Shown piece by piece: positions 24,293-38,741 of a stretch of 64,000 bases of DNA (its first letter is position 1; the number at the start of each line of letters is the position of its first letter). The DNA lies in the NCBI GenBank assembly GCA_951406725.2, contig OX597817.1, positions 164,920,001-164,984,000 on the forward strand, read 5' to 3'. A program made the position numbers and the translations under genes. The notes below the pieces were generated by a model, which saw only the letters and a program-made list of their open reading frames with translations, was not told where the DNA came from and ran no database searches. This DNA is from Octopus vulgaris (taxonomy: Eukaryota).

Positions 24293-25178
24293 GTCATCGC
24301 ATAAATAATGCGCTTTTTCAATTGCACGAACTGGAAGTCGGAGGTGGACGGGATACCTCCATCAACTTGCTATAGGAGCAGGTAGTAATTTTATCTTGTC
24401 CTTATTCTTAGTGGAAATTTTGAAGAGTGCAGTTCGATTTTAACAGTTATTTTTTCAAAGCTATAATGGAAGTGACAAAGGGATATATTCGGCATATTTT
24501 GCTTTATGAGTTCCATAAAGGCAACAGCGCAACGGAAAGTGAGAGGAATATTAAATGCAGTATATGGGGATCGGACAATAAGCGTAAGGCAGTACTAACG
24601 GTGGTTCCAGAAATTCCGAGCCGGAAACTACAGCTTAGAAAACGAGCCTCATCCTGGAAGATTTGTGGAGCTCGACGAGAACGTCCTGAAAACCCTGGTG
24701 GAACAAAATCTCATCGTAACCTTTGAGGAACTAGCAGAGTAGATTGGATTTGCATGCCATCGGAAAGCGACCATCTTGGTTTCAAGACGAAAGGTGTACT
24801 TCCATCAGGATAATGCTCATCCACATACATCGAGGATGACATTCCAAAGGCTGGAGCAGTTTGAATGTGAAACGATGCCCCACCCACCATATTCGCCGGA
24901 CAATGGACATTGCCTCATTTGATTATCATTTATTCCGCAGTCTTCAAAATCATTTAAACGGAAAAAATATGAATTCTGTAGACGAGGTCAGAACAGTACT
25001 GGAGGAATATTTTTTGTTAAATGAATTTTGTAAGTGGAGCCTTGTAGGTCTACCAGATAGATGGAAGATCTTTGTAGAAAATGAAGGAGGGTATATTTTA
25101 CATTAAAAACGAACTTTGTTTATCTTAATTTTGAAAAATAAAAGTATAAAAACCCGCATTATTTATGGGATGACCCAA
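24289..25178 (+). mobile_element. Internally deleted mariner element with both TIRs and TA TSD
   Basis: TA|ttgggtcatcgcataaataatgcg...cgcattatttatgggatgacccaa|TA (23/24 match); transposase remnants IRHILLYEF, HQDNA and DYHLFRSLQ. Confidence 0.92.
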
Positions 25179-25433
25179 TATATAAATCTTTTATTCTTTT
25201 ATTTGTTTCAGTCATTTGACCGTGGCCCTGCTGGGACACCGCTTTGAAGAATTTTAGTCGAATAAATCGCCCTCAGTGCTTTTTTTAAAGCCTGGTACTT
25301 ATTCTATCGGTCAATTTTGCCGTACCGCTAAGTTACTTGTGTTTATCTGCTTTTCTATCTCTAAACATACATACACACACGCGCGCATACACACGTACAC
25401 ACTCATATGTGTATGTATATATATATTTTGCAG

Positions 25434-25624
25434 GTTTAGCTTTGTTGGAATATGAGGCTGCTAAAGTGGATATAAAAATAGCTATGAAAAAAACATTCAG
25501 TTACAGTTCCGCACCGCAAGTTGCTGAAGATATTATGGCATATATCAACAGTAATCCTATTGTGTCTAAGAGCAAGGTTTTTATCATCTTTGCGTCACCA
25601 CACGAAGTCTACCGACTGCTAAAG
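25434..25624 (+). CDS. Class C GPCR exon (VFT lobe II)
   Basis: tttgcAG|(G)LALLEYEAAKVDIKIAMKKTF...SKVFIIFASPHEVYRLLK|GTAAC; phases 1/0. Confidence 0.9.
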
Positions 25625-26215
25625 GTAACATTAAAAAAAATTATTCTCATAATTTATTCTCTCCGAATCCCTTTTTTTAAAAAAAATAGCTAATTATTTT
25701 CCTTTCGTTTGTCCTTTTCTTATCGTTATTCTTTGAATCTTATTTGTTTGGTTTCAATTGTGCCTTGCCTGAAGATAATGAGTTTATATGATTCGACCAG
25801 CTATCAATTTTAAAATTATGAAAACTATCAAGAGAAGTATAAAACAAGTTTATCATAGTGGGAATTTTTCGACAATATATTCAAATAAAATTGGAATCGA
25901 TCTGGCGTTTAAAGCCAACTGGAAAAAACAATGAACAGAATGCCGTTAAATGTTTGCCCGCCATGTTAACCATTCAGCTAGCTCGACTCTTTAGACGCCC
26001 GAACATATTAAAATGTATGTGTTTCATTTTTCTCTTTAAGGTTAAACTACTTCCTAGTACGATACTATTTCTGTTTGTCTTAAATTGTGGCATAAATACT
26101 CTTTGGTGAAAAAGTTTGCTTGAAATTTCCATTTTCTCTAAAGTGTACAGATAATGCAATTGTTTAAATAAAAACCGATAACGATTTTGTTTTTTTTTGC
26201 TTTTCTTCCGCGTAG

Positions 26216-26882
26216 ATATTTCAGAAATTCAATTTTTCGGACATCACATATTTCGCATCAGAAAGTTGGACATTAAATAAAAGAATTTTGGATCTTGATG
26301 TCAGTATTATTGAAGGCACTCTGGGGTTGCGTCCTTATTCCGAAACTCCAACCGATTATCAATCATATTTGGAAAGCCTGTCTTTAAAGGACGTCACAGA
26401 GTTAGATACTTGGTTTCAAGAATATCTCATTATTAAGCACATTTGTTCCAATATTACTCTACAAAACGAAACGAACTGGATACATGATGAGATACTTCAA
26501 ATAGGTCACCGCCATTTTCAAGAAGCATGCTTTCGTCATTTGCAGTCGAGTGGAAAATCAAGGGAATTGTTCGATTACCTAATGTTGAAGAAAGTACCAT
26601 TCGTATTGGACGCAGTATATGTTATTGCGCATGCATTACATAAATTACTGTGCAACAACGGTTCCTGTCTGAAGAGGTTTATTTCAAACAAAGAAATATT
26701 TGAAATGATAAAACAAACAAAATTTGACGGTCAGTCCGGCTTTATTGAGTTTAACGAATTTGGAGATATTTCTGGAGAATTCTCCTTGTTCAATATACAG
26801 AAGAAAAAAGACGGCCAGTTGTTCTACAGAAAAGTTGGGCATTGGAATTGTTCACATTTAGTTATGGACAGGAACGATATCG
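26216..26882 (+). CDS. Class C GPCR exon (VFT C-terminal half)
   Basis: cgtAG|IFQKFNFSDITYFASESW...WFQEY...KVPFVLDAVYVIAHALHKLLC...FDGQSGFIEFNEFGD...KVGHW...|GTAAG; phases 0/1. Confidence 0.95.
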
Positions 26883-26966
26883 GTAAGAAATTTCGTAAAA
26901 TATAAATACAGTTCTAAATTTGTGTTCTCTCTCTCATGCACGCATACATACACACACAGACACACC

Positions 26967-27012
<46 letters not shown>

Positions 27013-27016
<4 letters not shown>

Positions 27017-27589
27017 AGCTCTGTCTGGCCCCGTGTCGGTGACACGTAAAAGCACCATCCGTCCGTGTCCGTTGCCAGCCTCGGCTGGCCCCCGTGCCGG
27101 TGACACGTAAAAGCACCGTCCGCTCGTGGCCGTTTGCCAGCTCTGTCTGGCCCCGTGTCGGTGGCACGAAAAGCACCATCCGTTCGTGTCCGTTGCCAGC
27201 ATCGCCTGGCCCCGTGCCGGTGACACGTAAAAGCGCCGTCCGTTCGTGGCCGGTTGCCAGCTCTGTCTGGCCCCGTGTCGGTGGCACGAAAAAGCACCAT
27301 CCGTTCGTGTCCGTTGCCAGCATCGCCTGGCCCCGTGCCGGTGACACGTAAAAGCACCATCCGTTCGTGGCCGTTCGCCAGCTCTGTCTGGCACCTGTGC
27401 AGGTGGCACGTAAAAAACACCCACTACACTCGCGGATTGGTTGGCGTTAGGAAGGGCATCCAGCCGTAGAAACACTGCCAGATCTGACTGGGCCTGACGA
27501 AGCCTTCCAGCTTCACAGACCCCAGTTGATCCGTCCAACCCATGCTAGCATGGAAAACGGACGCTAAACGATGATGATGATGATGATTA

Positions 27590-27590
<1 letters not shown>
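27013..27590 (+). mobile_element. SINE-like element with internal ~60-bp tandem repeat and (GAT)n tail
   Basis: About 6.5 units of gccagc...ggccccgtg.cggtg.cacg.aaaagc.cc.tccg.tcgtg at 27014-27410, alternating two variants, then a non-repetitive body and a GAT tail. Confidence 0.75.
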
Positions 27591-27640
<50 letters not shown>

Positions 27641-27839
27641 CTTATAAGACGCAAAAAGTTGCCAACAAGCGGCTACGGGAGTGGAAACAGTGCCCTCCTG
27701 TAGTCACTTGCTGGTAACCTTTTTACGTCTTTTCAGGAAGAAAAATATTGTCTTTCACTGTTGTTCTTACAACCTTACTGCGTTCGAAATATACTTTCGT
27801 GTCTGTAAAATACCAATCACAATCGACGCTTCCAAAGTT

Positions 27840-28009
<170 letters not shown>

Positions 28010-28015
28010 TATATA

Positions 28016-28248
28016 CAGGGTTGGTCAAATCTTACTTGACAGTAAATCAAAACTATTTAATTCCAAGATTAAAACAAAAAATATTTTATATGAGACTTCG
28101 CTAATAAATAGACACGTTGAAAAAAACGGCCATTTTAACACACACCATTCAATTATCAAACATTCATAATTGGAATGAATAAATAAAATTGAATATTAAA
28201 TATTTATGGAATTTTGATTTACTGTTGGGTGACTTTTGGCCAACGTTA
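28016..28248. mobile_element. Degenerate Tc1-like MITE
   Basis: TA-flanked imperfect TIRs sharing gttgg.caaa...acagtaaatcaaaa. Confidence 0.5.
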
Positions 28249-28958
28249 TATTTATATATACAAATATGTGTGTTTGTGTATACAGAGGCCACTCACTCTA
28301 AGTTACTGTCGTGCTGATGATACTAAACGGTAGGTGACATTTGGAGTGATTTTTGTTCGTGAAATTATCTCATCTTCTCATGGGGAACTAACTGTTCACA
28401 ATTACCGTTTGATGGTTATCTCCATATTATCTCCATGTCGAGAGATATGGAGATAATTAAAATAAACCAAAAATTCATGTTCATATACATGCTACAAGTA
28501 ATTCTGAGTATTATTTCTCTTAGCTCATGTGTTATATATATATATTTACATAATATAAAATGATAAAAATTGTTAAAAATTTTATTAGTGACCAGCATAT
28601 AAAAAAGACATATTAAGGTAAAAGTATAAATAAGGACATAGAAAATAATTTTCTTTGCCCATATGCTGAAAAGAGACGCTAAATCGTCCAACCACGTTAA
28701 ATATCTTCATTATTATTATTACACGCGTGTGGAAACGAGGAAGCAAGCCAAAAGGAATTCAAAAAATTGAGTTATCTTTGGATGGGACCAATTTCTGGAT
28801 TAACCTAAAAGGTTTTTCCTTCACCACCAGAGAACACCAGGAAATAAATAAAATACTTATACATACCAACAGAAAAGATACTTAAGGTGGCTCAACAATT
28901 TAGCATCTGTTTTCAGCGTAGAGGCAAAGAAAATTCTTTTCCTATGCCCCTATCTATA

Positions 28959-29007
<49 letters not shown>

Positions 29008-29008
<1 letters not shown>

Positions 29009-29428
29009 CCGCCAACTTTGCCCAAACGACCTGAACATGAGCTTCAAGGTTCATCGAAGACTGGGACCACGGGCCATACGTCCCCTGCCCAATTCAAGAT
29101 CACAGCATACATGTACACTACAACATAATTTCTTTTCCTCAACAGGCTCTGCCCTATTTAACATTGTCCCGAAAGAGATGAAAGAGGAACAGGATCCCAT
29201 CAACTTTAAACGGAGTCTGGACAGATTCCTTCAAGGAATACCAGATAAGCCACCCATAATTGGATACAACTCACCCAACAAAAACTCACCACTTGAATGG
29301 ACCATAAACAAAACTTGACTTAAGCAGGATTCAAATAATCCTATCAAGTGGTGCTATTAAGTTAGACATGGCCTGGACCAATCATTGGTCGAAACATATC
29401 TAAGTTTATCTAAGTTTATCTAAGTTTA
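29008..29428 (+). mobile_element. CR1/L2-group LINE 3' fragment between (TA)n tracts
   Basis: ...NFFSSTGSALFNIVPKEMKE...FKRSLDRFL..IPD.P, a typical ORF2 C-terminus; tail (TAAGTTTATC)n. Confidence 0.75.
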
Positions 29429-29846
29429 TATATATATATATATATATATTGTTTAATAAACACAGTATTTATTTTTATGAGCTACTAAGTGTTTCATGCG
29501 ACGAAAACGACTCCATTTTATAACACGTCTGATGCCTTCATGTAATCTTAAGTCTGTGGTCACGTGGTATGTTTCAAACTAAAACAGGACGATAGAATAA
29601 GAGAAAATATGAGAAACCTATAGTTTAAGGTTATTTCTTTGAAAGCGCTGTCATTTTTTATGGCACGGGTAAGCTAGTATATATATTTATACATGTGTGC
29701 GTATGAGTTTACCGTATCCACCGACACACACACACACACGTGTGTGTGTGTGTGTGTGTGTGTGCATGTATATGAATACATGTGTTTGTGTGTGTAAATG
29801 TACATGTATAATATCCATTAATTTAAGGATTTTCTTCGTTTTGTAG

Positions 29847-29963
29847 TATGGAAAGGTGAAGCTGATGTAGTGATATCTCGTTGTGACCAGCCCTGCGCAC
29901 CTGGGACACATTTAGCTTTAGCATCGGACAAGGAATGCTGGACATGCGTCCACTGTGGTAAAG
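29847..29963 (+). CDS. Class C GPCR exon (cysteine-rich NCD3G domain)
   Basis: ttgtAG|(V)WKGEADVVISRCDQPCAPGTHLALASDKECWTCVHCGK(G)|GTACT; an alternative in-phase donor lies 6 nt upstream (GTAAAG at 29958). Confidence 0.9.
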
Positions 29964-29984
29964 GTACTGTTCGCCCATTTCATT

Positions 29985-32603
29985 ACTCTCGGCACAAGGC
30001 CTAAAATTTTAGGAGAGAGGGGGGGGGGTAGTCAATTAGATCGACCTCAGTACGCAACTGGTACTTAATTTATCGATCCCCGAAAGGATGAAAGGCAAAG
30101 TCAACCTTGGCGGAATTTGAACTCAGAAGTAAAGACAGAAGAAATACCTATTTCTTTACTACCCACAAGGGTCTAAACATAGAGTGGACAAAGAAGGATA
30201 GACAAAAGGATTAAGTCGATTATATCGACCCCAGTGCATAACTGGTACTTAATTTATCGAGCCCGAAAGGATGAAAGGCAAAGTCGACCTCGGCGGAATT
30301 TGAACTCAGAACGTAGCCGCAGACGAAATACTGCTAAGCATTTCGCCCGGCGGAATAACGTTTCTTATTTCTTTATTCCCCACAAGGGGCCAAACATAGA
30401 GGGGACAAAGCAGGACAGCCAAAGGGATTAAGTCGATTACATCATCGACCCCAGGGCGTAACTGTACTTAATTTATCGACCCATCCGAAAGGATGAAAGG
30501 CAAAGTCGACCTCGGCAGAATTTGAACTCAGAACGTAGCCGCAGACGAAATACTGCTAAGCATTTCGCCCGGCGTGCTAACGTTTCTTATTTCTTTATTC
30601 CCCACAAGGGGCCAAACATAGAGGGGACAAAGCAGGACAGCCAAAGGGATTAAGTCGATTACATCATCGACCCCAGGGCGTAACTGTACTTAATTTATCG
30701 ACCCATCCGAAAGGATGAAAGGCAAAGTCGACCTCGGCAGAATTTGAACTCAGAACGTAGCCGCAGACGAAATACTGCTAAGCATTTCGCCCGGCGGAAT
30801 AACGTTTCTTATTTCTTTATTCCCCACAAGGGGCCAAACATAGAGGGGACAAAGCAGGACAGCCAAAGGGATTAAGTCGATTACATCATCGACTCCAGGG
30901 CGTAACTGGTACTTAATTTATCGACCCATCCGAAAGGATGAAAGGCAAAGTCGACCTCGGCAGAATTTGAACTCAGAACGTAGCCGCAGACGAAATACTG
31001 CTAAGCATTTCGCCCGGCGGAATAACGTTTCTTATTTCTTTATTCCCCACAAGGGGCCAAACATAGAGGGGACAAAGCAGGACAGCCAAAGGGATTAAGT
31101 CGATTACATCATCGACCCCAGGGCGTAACTGTACTTAATTTATCGACCCATCCGAAAGGATGAAAGGCAAAGTCGACCTCGGCAGAATTTGAACTCAGAA
31201 CGTAGCCGCAGACGAAATACTGCTAAGCATTTCGCCCGGCTGTATAACGTTTCTTATTTCTTTATTCCCCACAAGGGGCCAAACATAGAGGGGACAAAGC
31301 AGGACAGCCAAAGGGATTAAGTCGATTACATCATCGACCCCAGGGCGTAACTGGTACTTAATTTATCGACCCATCCGAAAGGATGAAAGGCAAAGTCGAC
31401 CTCGGCAGAATTTGAACTCAGAACGTAGCCGCAGACGAAATACTGCTAAGCATTTCGCCCGGCGGAATAACGTTTCTTATTTCTTTATTCCCCACAAGGG
31501 GCCAAACATAGAGGGGACAAATCAGGACAGACAAAGGGATTAAGTCGATTACATCATCGACCCCAGGGCGTAACTGTACTTAATTTATCGACCCAAAAAG
31601 GATGAAAGGCAAAGTCGACCTCGGCAGAATTTGAACTCAGAACGTAGCCGCAGACGAAATACTGCTAAGCATTTCGCCCGGCGGAATAACGTTTCTTATT
31701 TCTTTATTCCCCACAAGGGGCCAAACATAGAGGGGACAAAGCAGGACAGCCAAAGGGATTAAGTCGATTACATCATCGACTCCAGGGCGTAACTGGTACT
31801 TAATTTATCGACCCATCCGAAAGGATGAAAGGCAAAGTCGACCTCGGCAGAATTTGAACTCAGAACGTAGCCGCAGACGAAATACTGCTAAGCATTTCGC
31901 CCGGCGGAATAACGTTTCTTATTTCTTTATTCCCCACAAGGGGCCAAACATAGAGGGGACAAATCAGGACAGCCAAAGGGATTAAGTCGATTACATCATC
32001 GACTCCAGGGCGTAACTGGTACTTAATTTATCGACCCATCCGAAAGGATGAAAGGCAAAGTCGACCTCGGCAGGATTTGAACTCAGAACGTAGCCGCAGA
32101 CGAAATACTGCTAAGCATTTCGCCCGGCGGAATAACGTTTCTTATTTCTTTATTCCCCACAAGGGGCCAAACATAGAGGGGACAAAGCAGGACAGCCAAA
32201 GGGATTAAGTCGATTACATCATCGACTCCAGGGCGTAACTGGTACTTAATTTATCGACCCATCCGAAAGGATGAAAGGCAAAGTCGACCTCGGCAGAATT
32301 TGAACTCAGAACGTAGCCGCAGACGAAATACTGCTAAGCATTTCGCCCGGCGGAATAACGTTTCTTATTTCTTTATTCCCCACAAGGGGCCAAACATAGA
32401 GGGGACAAATCAGGACAGCCAAAGGGATTAAGTCGATTACATCATCGACTCCAGGGCGTAACTGGTACTTAATTTATCGACCCATCCGAAAGGATGAAAG
32501 GCAAAGTCGACCTCGGCAGAATTTGAACTCAGAACGTAGCCGCAGACGAAATACTGCTAAGCATTTCGCCCGGCGTGCTAACGTTTCTGCCAACTCGCCG
32601 CCT
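29985..32603 (-). repeat. Tandem array of tRNA-derived SINE (family B): ten ~222-bp units plus two older units
   Basis: Unit starts at 30359, 30581, 30803, 31026, 31248, 31471, 31690, 31913, 32136 and 32359; a single SINE head lies at 32582-32603. Confidence 0.95.
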
Positions 32604-32816
32604 TCATCTCTTTGAAAATTAAAGCATGAATATCATGCAAGGCTGTAAAGTTACTGAGACGTTAGGACTATGTTTTTGTGGCCAAACCAATGGAGCAATA
32701 CTTTCGATACCGAAGGAGGAAAGAGAATAATATACAACTTGTCATTTGTTGGTAACACATGTTCTATCCTCCTATTGTTTGGAATAAACAGAAAATCCGT
32801 TAATGTATCATTTATT

Positions 32817-33415
<599 letters not shown>

Positions 33416-33449
33416 TAGAAGATCACTTCCATCGAAGAGTATGATTATA

Positions 33450-33655
33450 CTCTTTTACTCTTTTACTCTTTTCAGTCATTTGACTGCGGCCATGCTGGAG
33501 CACCGCCTTTAGTCGAACAAATCGACCCCAGTACTTATTCTTTGTAAGCCTAGTACTTATTTTACCGGTCTCTTTCGCCGAACCGCTAAGTTACGGAGAC
33601 ATAACCACACCAGCATCGGTTGTCAAGCGATGTTGGGGGTGCAGATACAGACACA

Positions 33656-33702
<47 letters not shown>

Positions 33703-33912
33703 TCACACACACACACACTTACACACACACACATATATACATATATACAACGGGCATCTTTCAGTTTCCCTCTACCAAATTCACTCACAAGGCTTTGGTC
33801 GGCCCGAGGTTATAGTAGAAGACACTTGCCCAAGGTGTCACGCAGTAGGACTGAACCCAGAACCATGTAGTTTGTAAGTAAGCTACTTACCACACTGCCA
33901 CTCTTACGCTTA
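33450..33912 (-). mobile_element. SINE family A copy, inverted and tail-to-tail with 32817-33415
   Basis: Reverse complement of the family A sequence. Confidence 0.85.
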
Positions 33913-34302
33913 TGATATTATGATATTATTTCTCAGCTTTCATTTCATGGTGGCCAGTCGTTTAAACAACCCCATGGTAACGTTTTGCACATTATGTCAA
34001 TAAACATATATATTAACAGTCATCTAATCATGCATGCAAGGTAATGCATATTATATAGCAGCTTACAGAATTGTTTCACCGGAACCATTTACAAAAATAA
34101 TACACAAAATCATCGGTCGTTTCGTTTAAGTAAGAAACACTTAACACAGATCAGAATGGGTGTCGTTAAAATTTAGAATCTTATCACGGAAAGAGAAAAA
34201 AATGAAAATAATAAAGAAGCAAGTCACTTGTCTCTAAGAATAAAAATCTGAAAGGCACTTGATTGATTCTAATCCTATGTGTGTAAATATGGAACTTTAA
34301 CC

Positions 34303-34361
<59 letters not shown>

Positions 34362-34373
34362 TATATATGTGTA

Positions 34374-34442
<69 letters not shown>

Positions 34443-34666
34443 CGGTTTAAAGATGTTTATTCACTTGACCGGTTTCACTTTTTTAGAAAAAGATTGTCAA
34501 AAGTAAAATGTAGAGCTTTGTGTTAAGTACTGGTTATCACAAAAGTATTAAAATACAGATATATATTCCTTTATAATAATAAGAAATTGTTAAAAAAGTT
34601 ATTTCTGATGAAAATTAACCAGAGCCAAATAATACTTTCAACATTGTTTCTTTCTTCTTTCCTTAG

Positions 34667-35676
34667 GGCAATTTACAAATGCCTACAATATGGCGTCTTG
34701 TCTGAACTGCACAGAACATTTCGGAACAGGATGGGGAAGTAACAAGAATTACACCTCCTGTGAAGAGCTTCCGCAAAATTTCCTTTCTTGGAACGGACAT
34801 TTCGCTATCGCCAGTATTCTTTTCTCAAGCAGCTGTCTCCTGTTCACATTAATGGTATTTTCATTCTTTGTGAAATACCGCCACAGTCACATTGTTAAAG
34901 GATCTAATCGGGAGCTGACACATGTCTTATTCGTGTCTTTGGTCCTTTCTATATTTTCCCCATATGTCTATATTGGTCGGCCAACTCATACACGCTGTAT
35001 GTTGCAACCAAATTATTTATCCTTTGTTATGTCTTCATCCGTGCTAGTCATATACTTTAAAACGGATCGAATACTTTGCATCTTCAACGCTAAACCGACC
35101 ACGATTGATAATCTCCATTTAGAAAAACGTAAACGAGATCGATTGCAGATATTATGCTTTTTGGTAATCGAATTAATTATTTGTGGTTCCTTGGCAACAT
35201 CAACATATTTTCATCAACCAATTGTGGATTTCTATACTGTTCCAGACACGTCTGTATCCCTTGGCTGTTCTCTAGCCTGGTACCACCAACACGCCGTAGC
35301 TTTCGTTTGGTTTACAATTCTTATACTTGGCAGTAGTTACAAAGCGTATCGCGTACGGAAACTCCCGGAAAACTTTAACGAAGCAAGACAAATTAATTTC
35401 ACATTATTCATACTGTTCCTAATATGGGTCTTGGTGTCAGTGGGTGTTGCTAACGAACCCAACCACGGCACATGTTCTTCTTATATATGTATAGCTGCCC
35501 AGTTTCATACTCTAGTTGTGCTGGTGTTCATGTTGATTCCCAAACTCAGAATCATCATATTTCAACCAACGAAAAACTCTACAGAAGCTGTGAGAATGCA
35601 AACGATGGAATATATGATCCGAAAGCAGTCAAAAGTATCATCTTTGGAAACTCTATCTACAATAGATCTGAATTAA
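34667..35676 (+). CDS. Class C GPCR last exon (end of CRD, 7TM_3 domain, C-tail)
   Basis: ccttAG|(G)QFTNAYNMASCLNC...IVKGSNREL...KTDRI...RKLPENFNEARQINFT...LIPKLRIIIFQP.KNS...STIDLN*; seven hydrophobic segments; AATAAA follows downstream (~35729, ~35784). Confidence 0.96.
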
Positions 35677-37164
35677 CGTAGGAATTCTCTATAAATTTAT
35701 TTAACTATCAGATATTTTTTTGTTATGTAATAAATTAAAACAAAGTATACAACATATGGGAGAGCCATTTAATTCGTCGGGATAATAAATCTTGCTATTC
35801 AAAACTCATTAATTAGAAGCAAATTATTTTTTATTTAAAAAAAAAGAAACTACCTTCAAAATTTATTTCAGTAAAAGAATGGAGATTGCCGGATAATGAA
35901 TATGAAGTTGATATTCTATGCTTAAAATCATTATGAGAGAGTATTATTTTTCAGATCCTTACCGGTAAGTAAGAATTATAAGCTAGAGTGGATCCAATCG
36001 ACATATCACTTTATGTCCAATCAAATACAAGCTCTAAGTTAGTTGCTATCTCATTAGCTTTATCTAGGATAAACGAAATTCCAATATTATCATTTGGTAG
36101 ATCTGATGGAGCATATGAATGACGAAACTCGTCGCCCCGATCCTCTTCTCAAGCTATCTAAAATGCCTGTGGTATAATTACGAGGACTAAATAATAAGCA
36201 CATTAGTATAGTCGTTACAAAGTATGACTAAATAAATACATATGAGTATGATTTCATAAACATATTTACCTAAAACATATGGTTTGATATTTGAATAATT
36301 ATCTCCTACATTAAACCACTCATCAACGTACTATATATATTATAATTCGTATTTTAAACACAAAAGGAACCATAATATCCTTGAATTCTTGTGATTAAAT
36401 TTGTCTCTTGTCTGTTTAACACAGTTGATGCTTCGCACTGGCTAAGTGATCCTCATTTTCTCTCGTGCTTTATTTTTAACTTAAACTACCACACTGCACG
36501 TAAAGAGAAACTTTGATGCGACTTGCAGGCAGTTATGTGAGAGACGCAGCCTTCCGTAATGCGACAGTCCTAATAATAGATGTTACATTTGTGTGTTTTC
36601 TGTTCTAACATATTTTATTATCAATTGCTTTATTCAAGAGAAAATAGTAATTGACTTCTTAATTCGAAAAATCGCTTTTATTAAATAATTTATTTAGCGA
36701 CGACATTTAAAACTCAGGAAAGAGAAAAAAGGATTTCATAGCATACTTTCATATATATATATGTATATATATATCGTGGCACTCCATCGGCTAAGACGAC
36801 GTGGGTTCCGGTTGATCCGATCAACGGAACAGCCTGCTCGTGAAATTAACGTGCAAGTGGCTGACCACTCCACAGACCCGTGTATCCTTAGCGTAGTTGT
36901 CGGGGTTATTCAGGGTGACACAGATTGTGACAAGGCTGGCCCCTCGAAATACAGGTACAACAGAAACAGGAAGAAAACGTGAGAGAAAGTTGTGTTGAAA
37001 GAGTACAGAATAGGGTTCGCCATCACGCCTGACGGAACGTCGTGGAGCTTCAGATGTTTTCGCTCAATAAACAACGCCCAGTCTGGGAATCGAAACCGCG
37101 ATTCTATGACCGCGAGTACGCTGCCCTAACCATTGGGCCATTGTGCCTCACACACACACACGCG

Positions 37165-37233
<69 letters not shown>

Positions 37234-37335
37234 GTGTATGTATATATATATATTTATTATATTTATATTATATATATATATATATTATTTATATTATATG
37301 ACTGAACGATACGCATCCATTTCCAAGGTAGTTTA

Positions 37336-37508
<173 letters not shown>

Positions 37509-38624
37509 ATATACGTATATATATATATAACGAAAATGGACCACTTTAGTCCCTTCGTGCCTAGTATTCCGCTATGACTTGGGAAAAAATGTGACCGGCA
37601 TCCAAGGTACCTACGTGTAATTATTTTACCATTCTTTTATACCCATTTTAGAGCTGAATGAGCAACGCTGTTTGGGAATTAATTGGCTTTGTTAAAGAAG
37701 GATGATGGATGGAAGCACTCCGTCGGTTACGACGACGAGGGTTCCGGTTGATCCGAATCAACGGAACAGCCTGCTCGTGAAATTAACGTGTAAGTGGCTA
37801 AGCACTCCACAGACACGTGTACCCTTAACGTAGTTCTCGGGGATATTCAGCGTGACACAGAGAGTGACAAGGCCGGCCCTTTGAAATACAGGTACAACAG
37901 AAACAGGAAGTAAGAGTGAGAGAAAGTTGTGGTGAAAGAGTACAGCAGGGATCACCACCATCCCCTGCCGGAGCCTCATGGGGCTTTAGGTGTTTTCGCT
38001 CAATAAACACTCACAACGCCCGGTCTGGGAATCGAAACCGCGATCCTATGACCGCTGCCCTAACCACTGGGCCATTGCGCCTCCTCGTTAAAGAAGGGCA
38101 GTGCTAAGGACTAGAATTTTCTTTGAATATTTGAAGAGTTATGGAAACTATAATCAATGACTAATATTATTTTAAAGGTGTGTTGTAATCACTGCTGGTC
38201 AGGTTATTGGTTCTTTCATGATTCGAAACTTAGTTACTTGTCCAACTTGGATCAAAGTTTTTGTTCTTTCTGACTTTAATTATTGGGCTGTGACTTTCTT
38301 CGCATAACGTTTCAAGTATAAAAAGACAAAGCATAAATGCGTAGTTTACAAGATCAAAATGTAGTTAAAGATAAATTTGGATGATAAATATTCGGTATGT
38401 GCAAGACGCTAGTCCGGTGGAGCTACAGCTTTGATAATAATTCATTACTGTAATAGGCGCAGGAGTGGCTGTGTGGTAAGTAGCTTGTTTACCAGCCACA
38501 TGGTTCCGGGTTCAGTCCCACTGCGTGGCACCTTGGGAAAGTGTCTTCTACTATAGCCCCGGGCCGACCAAAGCCTTGTGAGTGGATTTGGTAGACGGAA
38601 ACTGAAAGAAGCCCGTCGTATATA

Positions 38625-38741
<117 letters not shown>

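Noticed and set aside
26914-27538. Overlapping 137-190 aa ORFs
   Set aside because: They are products of the 60-bp minisatellite, open in multiple frames.
30359-32603. CRISPR-like regular array
   Set aside because: Whole units repeat with no unique spacers, the unit is a SINE body, the context is eukaryotic, and no cas genes are present.
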